A stretch of DNA of 64,000 bases from Girardia tigrina (lineage: Eukaryota): the NCBI GenBank assembly GCA_001938485.1, contig MQRK01243668.1, positions 1 through 64,000 of the forward strand, read 5' to 3'. A program made the position numbers and the translations under genes. Under the pieces are notes generated by a model. It ran no database searches and was not told the DNA's origin. It worked only from the letters and a program-made list of their open reading frames with translations. The number at the start of each line of letters is the position of its first letter. The stretch's first letter is position 1. Shown here in pieces: positions 54,901 through 64,000 of the stretch.

Positions 54901-57900
54901 TCTTTCAACTGAGTTCTAAATATCTCATATACATTCTTTAAAATACATTCTGCGAACATGCAGAAATATTTTTTAAAAATCATAAAATCATTCAGTCAAA
55001 CAATATTCACTTTGCTCCGTTCATCTTTAACTCAACACTTTTAAAATAGTCATGTCAAGCAACTACCTTTCGTATTCTTGATGAGATCTTTACAATCAAA
55101 TATATCGTTATTGTTAAATCGATTATTTTATTATTGATAAATGGAAGCCCATGAACAGGGCACGTAATAATTATTCAATGTTATTTTGTCCAAAATATCT
55201 CTACAGATTGAAGAGTAAAAGAAATGATATTTTATATTTCATACTACCGTATGAATGTTAATGTAAAACTGTCAGAAGAATTCAAAGTTTTCACCAAGCA
55301 ATCAAAAGCAGGTCATAAGTCTCTTAGAAATTTGAAACACATTGTACTGAATTAAAATTTAGGTATTATTATCTATTTATATTTTATTATCAGTATTTAT
55401 ATTTCAAATATCCTCCTGTCAAAGACAATTCAATTATATCAGAAACTTTGCTTATACATTTATTGCCTTTTTTATATATATGATAAGTGCATATTTTTTT
55501 ACGATATTAATGATTTTAATGAATGTACTGATGATTTACAAAAAGTTGAAATAAAGAAGGAAGCAGTTGCAGTATCAAAAAATTCCCGATGTAGATATAA
55601 ATGCTAATTTAATAAGTAAAAGTGTGTCAAAAAGAAGTAAAAAGTTTCGTACTAAGGTAATAAAAAATGAATTATTGAAAGATGACAACATTGATGATGG
55701 AAAAAATCTAAATCTAATTCGAAATTTTGGTGGTTATCATTAATAATGATTTTATTTTTATGTATATCCCCATCAATGTCTTTAGTAGTGTATGATTGTT
55801 CACAAACAAAAGTGGGCAAAATATATTCTTTAATGGATGTCGTAGAATGTGCTGAAGCTTACATTATCCATTACAAATTAAAGAAGAGAAAAATGTTTTA
55901 TATCATTTGTATCAAGAATCAGGATTTAGAAAAAAAGTACAAGAGTAAAAAGTGCAAGTAAAAGTACAAGAGTGTATAGTCAAACGTGCAACTTATGTTT
56001 TTCATTGTGGAAAATGAAGTCACTCTTCCCTTATTAAAATAGATGCTATACCAAGTCCTGCTGATATTCTACCAGAAAATTGTGAAGCAGCATTTCAAAC
56101 GAAACAACTAAAAATTGATTCCACTTTAATTTTAACTGCCAAAGTTGGATACATCACAAGAGAATCTGTATTTCGAAAAGGAGTCATGGATCCGAATGGA
56201 GAATGCAAAGAAGAATCTGTAAAATTAGGAAATAAAATAGTAGATAAAATCATGGTATCAGATGAATATCAAACAGAATTGAGAGAATTTGAAGGAATTT
56301 TTGATGATGTTACAGGGAAATTACAGTCCCTTCCATTTTGTAATTATGGAACTACAAGCTGTCAAACAGGAGAATCTGTATTATTATACTCAGTTAATTA
56401 TAAAGATTGTAATTTGGCATTTCTTAAATCGACAGAATTTATTGAAGCTCAAGACATTCAAATACAAGAAAGACCAGATATGTTAAAACCGAAGAAGCAT
56501 CAAGCTCGAAAAGCAGTACCAGTTCAAAAAAAATAATTTAGCAACAGTTTTAATGTCATCTCTTTCAGCAGATGGAATGAGATTTATTCGAAAAGAAAAA
56601 GAAAACCGTTGTGGAAAACCAATGTATTCAACAAATTACAAGGGTCTATATGTTTCTCAAGAAAAGATATCTGATGCTGCAGTTGTACATAATGTTGATA
56701 TAAAATTATCTCATTATTTGAGCAATAAAATGGATTTTGCATTTCATTTTCATCAATCAACGGTGGAAAATTTATATCGTGAGGTTATATTAAATGATTG
56801 TAAATTGAACCGAGAAATATTACAATATTTAATCGCTTTAGTAGTACCAAATCCTAATTTAGTCGCTCCAATATTAGTCGCTGAAAAAGGTTTATTTGGA
56901 CGAATCATGGGCGAAGCATTGTATAGTTATAAATGTAAAGAAATATCAGTTCAAATAATAAAATATAAAGAGTGTACAAATGAACTTCCGGTTAGTTATA
57001 AAGGTGAACTAAGATTTGTAGAACCTATAACATGAATTCTGGTGGAAAATCGAATAAGACCTAGAAAATTACAATGCAATGAGTGTAAATAGAGACCTCT
57101 CGGACAATCTTGCATTCCCAAATGGCATTAGAGTGTCGGATTTAGAAATCGAAATACATTTACGAGTTTTAACCCACATGGAACCAGTGGTACTAAGCGA
57201 AATATTTAAAATGAATGGTCAGGGAAATTGGAATTACATGTTGTTATATAAAAAGGTCCAACAACTGTGTTACGGAAAAATTCTAGTGGGACATGACCTC
57301 CAACTAGAATTAAAAGCATTAAATATAAATAAAAAAGATTATTAAGAATTAGGGATTTATCTGCGACGAGAAAATTATATGAAATGGGTCAACAACACAA
57401 AGCAGGTGGTACACTCTTCAAGCTTCAAACATTAGCAAATAATATCCTCAAGAGAAATATTCAAATTCAGGGAAGCTACAACGCTTTGGAGGATGCTATA
57501 ATGATCAAGGATATCTACAAGGAAATCGAGCAAAATTATATCGATCACAAGTATTAGGTTCGTGATTGAAATCAGAATTCATAATTTTGTAAACTTTATT
57601 TATACTACAATTTTCATTATTGAAACAAATTTATGATGAACTATTTCATAATCCAGATCTAAAAATTCTAAATATACATAATAATATCGATAAATATATA
57701 AATATGTTATTTTATTCAATTTTACATAAATTTAGATCTTTAAAAATATTTTAAAAATTCAATTTAAACATAGTGATTATTAATAATTTAAACTGTAAAT
57801 TTAAACTATAAATTTAAATTCTATTTAATAAAACATTTTATTTGTTTTTAACAAAAATTTGCAAAAACAATTTACAACTTTAAGATACAATTAACAAATT

Positions 57901-59173
57901 TGAAATACAGAAAATATTATTTTTATTTTTGAAATACAAATCACGAATTTTTAAAATACACAAATATTAATCAATATTTAAATTTAGTATTATTTAATAG
58001 AGATTTTAATTATAAAATTTTTAATATATTTATATATCTATATTTTATCAATTATTTATGGAGTTTTTTTTTAAATTAATTAAGATATTTTTTTACTTAT
58101 AACTGTTTAAAAACTTTTGGTTTTAAATATTTATTTTAGAGATTATTTATAACAATTAATTATTTTCAAATTTTAAAAGAATGAGTCTGTTCTTTTTTTT
58201 ACGAATTTAAAAAGATTTTTATTTTAGAGAATTATTTCATTTTAATTAATCGAATATTATTTTTGATTTATTTAAAATATAAATATGATTTTTAAAAATA
58301 TCGAAAATTTAAAAATATCAAAAATTTAAAGATCACCAAAAAGAACCCCGACAACAAGATTTGAGAATCCATGGAAGTAGACACCCAAAAAAGGAAAACA
58401 GTTCCGGATTGTAGAATGGTGATCAATGAAAAAAGGAGAAAAAGAAATCTTGAAGAAGAGTTAAAAATTTTGAAGGCAAATTTGGATCCGTTGGTGGATC
58501 CCGTGGTGGAATTATTGGAAGAAGAAGATTTAATGGCGACGCTGACGGAGGGAATTTACGGTCATGAAGAAGAGATAAAATCATCACGGGAAAAAGAAAA
58601 GAAGAATACTTAAGCGAATTTATCAATCAACGTTGGCACTCAAACCCACCGAAGAAAACACTCTGAGCGTGGGACTCAAACTTCAACGCCAACGGTGGCC
58701 GAACAAGCGATACAAGTTGCAAGCATAACTCCTCAGAATCAAATAGAGGTAATGGGGAAAATTTACTACCTGGAGACGTTGATTTATCGAGCGGAGACAG
58801 GGGAGAGATTGCCTCTGGATGGACTTGGAGTTTAGTTAATAAACTTTAGTAACTCTTAGTTAATAATCTTTAGTTAGTAAAAAATTTGCAATTTGTGTTC
58901 TTTATTTTTCATGGGTTTGGGTTCATTGATTGTGCATAAGCAGATAAGCCATGATTTGGCGCGTGTGACCTAAGCACCATTAGAGTTTTATTTTCATGTT
59001 TTTTTCAACTTTTCTAAAATAACCCCTTCATTTAGTGGTTGTGAAAAAGATGCGATATTTTTAAAAAAATATATAAAAAATATATATGAATTTTATAAAA
59101 TAAAAACTTATCACTGTTAAGATTGCTTAAAGAAAAATATATATTATATATATATATATATATATATTAATCA

Positions 59174-59221
<48 letters not shown>

Positions 59222-61989
59222 NNNNNNNNNNNNNNNNNNNNNNNNNNNNNNNNNNNNNNNNNNNNNNNNNNNNNNNNNNNNNNNNNNNNNNNNNNNNNNN
59301 NNNNNNNNNNNNNNNNNNNNNNNNNNNNNNNNNNNNNNNNNNNNNNNNNNNNNNNNNNNNNNNNNNNNNNNNNNNNNNNNNNNNNNNNNNNNNNNNNNTG
59401 AAATATAAAAAAAAACAAACAACAAAATAAAATAAAATATAAATAAAATTTTTTTTAAACTTATTGTTCTTATCATCACCGTCGTCATCGTCCTCATCAT
59501 CATCATCATCATGATCGTTGTTGTAGTCGCGATCGGTGACGGGGGGGGGGAGTTTCGATGTGGAGTGCGGTGGTGATTGTTGTTGATGGAAATATTATTA
59601 ATAATAATATTATTATTAAGGAATGTAAAAAATAATGGCAATTGATATTCTTCATTATTAAAAAGTGAACGCCATTTTTCAAAATTTATTTTTGTAATTA
59701 ATTTCGGCGGATCACCCAGACTAAATTAACACTGGCTCTTTGCAGCTTATATATGAGAAAGGTAATTATGTAATCAATTATGTAATAAAGGCTCTATTTG
59801 AAAATGTTTAACAGAGAAGTTGAGTGTGAAGCTTGAATATTAATTTTTGGATCCATGGATCTTATTAATAAGACCTCACACGTTACTCTCTCCCAGTAAT
59901 TTTTAAATCGATTACACAGAATTTGAAAATCATTTTCTCCGATGTTCTTTTTACCTTTTAAATTATGTTCCGCAATATTGCTCCCATTATCCAACCGACT
60001 ATGCTCTTTGATCCGTTTGCAGAGATAACGAGATGTCTCTCCAATGTATGTGGCGTTACACCCATTACATGTATATTTATAAACAAGATCGGAGCACAAA
60101 CCGAGAGGAGTGGGAGATTTATTACTGAACATATCACGAATTTTATATGATTGAGAAATAATTTTTAGATTCATGGTATTTGGGATCAAACTTTTCAAAA
60201 TTGATGATTTTAAATGTTTAAAACCCTCTGAATAAGGAATCCATAAGTATATTTATACCTTGATTCAAGCGGGTTATAATTTGAATTAGTGGAAATGGTT
60301 TGATGAATCGTATTATTATGATTTTTATTATTACTATTTTAATATTTTATCTAAAGTTTGATGAGTTAATTTTTCGTTAAATGATTTTGACCATCCATTC
60401 TTATTTAATAAACTTATTAATTTATTTAAACTTTCATGGGCATTTAAATATGTTGACGAAAGAGACCAAGAACGATATATTAAACATTTAATCATGTTGC
60501 TTTTGTACCTAGTTTCACAGAAACTACCCGGAGTGGTGTACAACCCCGTATCAGTTTTCTTTCTGTAAATTGCAGTTTCATAGCAATTAGATTTCCTGTT
60601 GATCAATAGGTCTAAAAATAGTAGAGTACTCTGCACTTCTTCTTCTACTGTGAATTTGATTTTAGAATGGATCGAATTCATATAATTTAGAAATGGTTTT
60701 ACATGATCTTTATTTTCAAAAATCAAAAATACATCATCTACATATCTTTTATATACAAGTCGTTTATAACCGGAATTTTAAAACCACTTGTATATAAAAG
60801 ATATGTAGATGATGTATTTTTGATTTTCGAAAATAAAGATCATGTAAAACCATTTCTAAATTAAATGAATTCGGTGTGTAACAGATATGCAACAATGATT
60901 TAAAATGTGATATGTTAATAGTTAGAGATCCTGTAAGAGTTACAACGGTTTGTTACAGAAGTGTCACACCATGTTACGAAGGATTAAAAATTTTAATAAG
61001 CAATTTAATTATTAAACTAATTTTTAAATTGATTAAATAAATGTTTTTCTTCAAATAAAATAATTTTAAAATTAAATTAATTTTTTAGATAAAATTATTA
61101 ACAAAATTATAAAAGTAGAATTTTTAATAATAAAATCTGAAAATAATTTAAAATGAAAATTAGTTCAAATAATTGTTTATTAACAAGACATTAACCAAAA
61201 ATTATCAATTTAGAACGATGTCGAATGACGAGAGTTTTGCTGAGAGTTGTCCAAAAGACAATTCGAATTGTGATGAAGATAAATGTGTGAAAACAAATGT
61301 TGGTGTTATTAATAGAAACATTATAGCTGATGAATATAATTGTTCATGATAGAAAAATAATTTCCAAAACATTAACAATAATCAATTTCTTAAACCCACT
61401 TAACAAAAATTATTTTTCAAAGATAAAGTATTTATATAATTCATTATTGATTAATTTTTAAATGTGATTCTTACGCATTTATGTGCTTCCCGACACCGAT
61501 GATTGTAATTTCAATAGATTTATCTTTCAGACGCTCAGCAAATGCCTCCGGTTGGTGATCCACATTGCTCACACCATGTGTAATAAGAATAATAATTTTT
61601 TTCGCCTCTTTTCTCATTTCTGTTGAAACTTGTTCTAGTGTAAATTTTAATGTTTTTCCTATTGAGACAACACTTCCCTTGTATTGTTTTACGTTAGATC
61701 CTTCAATTCGACCTGAAACTAATGTAAAAAAAGAAGCCTTAATTATAACAACCTCCTATTTCGTTGTATTTGTTCAACTTCAGAATTAAGTTCGGTTCAT
61801 TCCCAAAAGAGATAAAAGCGATTCTGTTGTCTGGGTTCACTACATCAACAAAATTTGCGATTCTTGATACAAATTGCTTAGCTAATTTGAATTGATTTGA
61901 AGAAACAAGATAAGAATTGTCCAAAATAAAAATAATATCTTTTGACACCAAAGAACATTTGTTAATTTTACCAGAAAATCCACATGAGA
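51914..61989 (-). CDS. multi-exon vWA / Cys-rich / vWA extracellular-type protein (partial). Exons 61989-61753, 61718-61475, 54915-54806, 54753-54604, 54560-54423, 52424-52206, 52151-51914
   Basis: GT-AG junctions with consistent phases give one open frame. vWA1 is DIIFILDNS..THG..IGVG completed by TQLKEISS..DIC; two Cys-rich exons follow; vWA2 is DLVILLDSSDS..ITDG..SIGIG. Exons beyond these were not found. Confidence 0.82.
52953..54219 (+). mobile_element. element copy 1: DEDDh (REX4/ISG20-like) exonuclease ORF with acidic tail, plus conserved terminus
   Basis: ORFs 52953 and 53187 are in the same frame, split by one TAA. Motifs LDVE, LVGHDL, HNALEDA. Ends AACCCCTTCATTTAGTGGTTGTGA, as copy 2 does. 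Confidence 0.8.
55716..57090 (+). pseudogene. chuvirus-like / herpes gB-like (class III) viral fusion glycoprotein, fragmented and C-terminally truncated
   Basis: Signal peptide, then LVVYDC..YSLMDVVEC, C.V.R..VFHCG..SH, G.C, SNKMDF..LY..V..NDCKLNREIL, G..GRIMGEALY.YKC..V....ECTNELPV.Y....FVEP.T.IL. This is the Cys/motif pattern recalled for chuvirus glycoproteins. Confidence 0.8.
57250..59044 (+). mobile_element. element copy 2: exonuclease pseudogene plus terminus, interrupted by an insertion
   Basis: High by-eye identity to 53221-54219. Frameshift at ~57335, same terminal sequence. Confidence 0.85.
57552..58353. mobile_element. 802-bp AT-rich insertion with 5-bp TSD ACAAG (solo LTR or MITE)
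   Basis: Absent from copy 1. ACAAG at 57547-57551 and 58354-58358. Ends TATTAGGTTC...GAACCCCGACA form an imperfect inverted pair. Confidence 0.75.
59640..60873 (-). mobile_element. 5'-truncated Penelope-like retroelement (RT C-terminus plus GIY-YIG) with a terminal inversion
   Basis: YKRYVDDVF..KFTVEEE..LLFLDL..YRKKT, then LVYKYTCNGCNATYIGETSR..RIKEH. 88-bp inverted duplication at 60673-60760 / 60786-60873. Confidence 0.92.
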
Positions 61990-63016
61990 CTAAAAAATGT
62001 ATTTATGTTATTGGTACATTAAGTGTTATCTTAATTACTAATTTAAGTTTGATAAAAAACAAAAGGGTCGCCATCTCAAAATATATATTTTGTGATTATA
62101 TATGTTGACGGCTTCAACCGTCATCTTCAGGTCACTGATGTTTATTTTTTTTACTGGTTATTAATATTAAATCAATGGTTGTGTAATTTATTACGTAAAA
62201 TTAATCGAAAACTCTTAAAAATTGGTTGTGAGTGCCGTTTGAACATTAATATTAGGATTTAGAGACCCTATTAACAAAGCTATGACGTATTTGATGTTTT
62301 TTTTCAAAAATTACTATTGTTATTTTTAGATTTATCACAATAATTAAGTTTGATAAGTAAATGTTTAGTAATGTTTAAGGAGGCTTTTAATTTAAAATTT
62401 CTTGATGATATTCCTTTGCTTCATGTTTTCATTTAAACGAATACCAATGTTTTAAATTTCATGGCGCCACACGAAACACCATTACAAAGGGTTGTGGTAA
62501 TCTAGATATCACAGACCTTTTATTTTTAAAAAGCGTTTTCTCTAAATATTATATTCTGACAAGAGTGTTAACCTAAGTATTGTTATGCTTATTACAGTGT
62601 TATGCTCTATTATATTAAAAAATATGCTTTATTATATTAAAAAAATATATTTTGTTGCATCAAAGCCGTGATTATCATGTTAAATCACACAGATTTTTAC
62701 CAATAAAACACTCTGAAATTAAGTTTTTTTAAATAAACGCGATGAAAAACACAGACAACTTTAAGAATTCCAAGAAACATTTTTATAAAAACGTTATTAT
62801 TTAGAATTTTGAGCTTTAAAATAAAATTAATCTTCCATGTTCAAACTGGTTGAGAAAAAAAATGAAAATAACGTTATATATTAATCCGAATACTTGGTTT
62901 GCTTCAATTAAAAAATTATTTGTTTTTAAACCGAAATTTTTAAAAATAATATAAATTATTATTATACTAAACTTCTTGAAAACAATATACATACAATACA
63001 ATTTATTCATCAAAAA

Positions 63017-64000
63017 TCAAACAAATTCATGCCTTGCCAGCGCTTTTTCAACATAACGCAGCATATTCCTAAACCAACCACCAAAATCCATTGTTTCATT
63101 GCTCAAAATGCCCACTATTCGCTCTTTTAATTCTCCACGTGTTCTTGCCAATGGGTGAATTGTATTCAATAAAGATTTAAAATGACTAAAATATTCCACA
63201 ATGGGGTTTAACTGTGGAGAATACGGTGGCAGAAATCGATGGGTAATGTTATTTAAATTTAGTATTTTAATTACATCATGCCGATGGTGAAACTTACAAT
63301 TATCCATAATTAGAATATCATTCGGATTTTGTACAAAATGAGGCTTTAACATGTTTTCAAAAAACTCGATGAATGTTGTGCCATCAAAAGCGCCATCTTT
63401 GATTTTAAATCCTAACACACCATTTATTGTAATTGATACTAGGCAGCTAATGTTTTTGCCCCGATTAGCCCTAATAGTTTTAACAGCTTTTTCATTAATT
63501 GGTGAATATCCATAGTTTCTGGTGTGGTGTAGATTAACACCAGTTTCATCGAAAAAGACCAAACAATTCACAGGTACAAAACTTACACCACTGGTATATA
63601 CTTGCGTAAATCGATGTTTCTTGGGGTGTTTCTCTCTTCCGGGATCCTTGTCAGCCTTTTTCGAATGTAATTCATTTTTTTCAATATTCTCGAAATACCG
63701 CTTTGAGTCAGTGATGTGTTATTACAGACTAATTCCTCGGATATTTCTTTTTGGCAATATAAAGGATCCATCAGTAAAAACTGGGAAATTTTCGATTTTA
63801 CAACAGTTTGTCTGTTGTTTTTTCCCTGGCTTGCGCCCCAACAATTCTTCATCTTGAGCACCGTCCGTGATTTTGTTCATTATTTTGTAAACCGTTGGAA
63901 ATGAAAGCTACTCTTCTTCTGAAATTTTTTGAGGAGTATTTTTTTTCTACTTCTCTTTGTATCTTTTTGACGACTTGTATCGTTAATGTTTGACGCTTTT
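63017..64000 (-). mobile_element. Tc1/IS630-like (DD34E-type) transposase, frameshifted, running off the window
   Basis: FFDETG, LIMDNCKFH, FLPPYSPQLNPIVEYF. HTH part in ORF 63583..63861 (ISRILKKMNYIRKRL). Confidence 0.88.

Noticed and set aside
59167-59641. ORFs with poly-Met/Thr and YIYI runs
   Set aside because: Low-complexity microsatellite sequence spanning an N gap.

Overview
Very AT-rich eukaryotic DNA, most likely from an invertebrate animal (species not identifiable from sequence alone), with several N gaps and a heavy transposon load. Host genes supported: a divergent Slo/BK-type K+ channel (one 1155-bp exon, minus strand), an intronless atypical Ser/Thr kinase, and a multi-exon vWA / Cys-rich / vWA gene with 34-54 nt introns. 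Mobile DNA: a 7.15-kb defective Maverick/Polinton (35697-42848; AG...CT ends, TCGGAT target-site duplication, ~1.2-kb TIRs, broken pPolB) plus a solo related terminus at 275-588, several mariner/Tc1 copies, Penelope-like fragments with minimal hammerhead ribozymes, and a gag relic. The two most unusual observations are (1) Maverick TIRs packed with RFX X-box palindromes, and (2) two copies of an unclassified element with a DEDDh exonuclease and a shared sharp end, one of them joined to a chuvirus/gB-like fusion glycoprotein, both inside introns of the vWA gene. All family assignments rest on motif recognition by eye; no searches were run.
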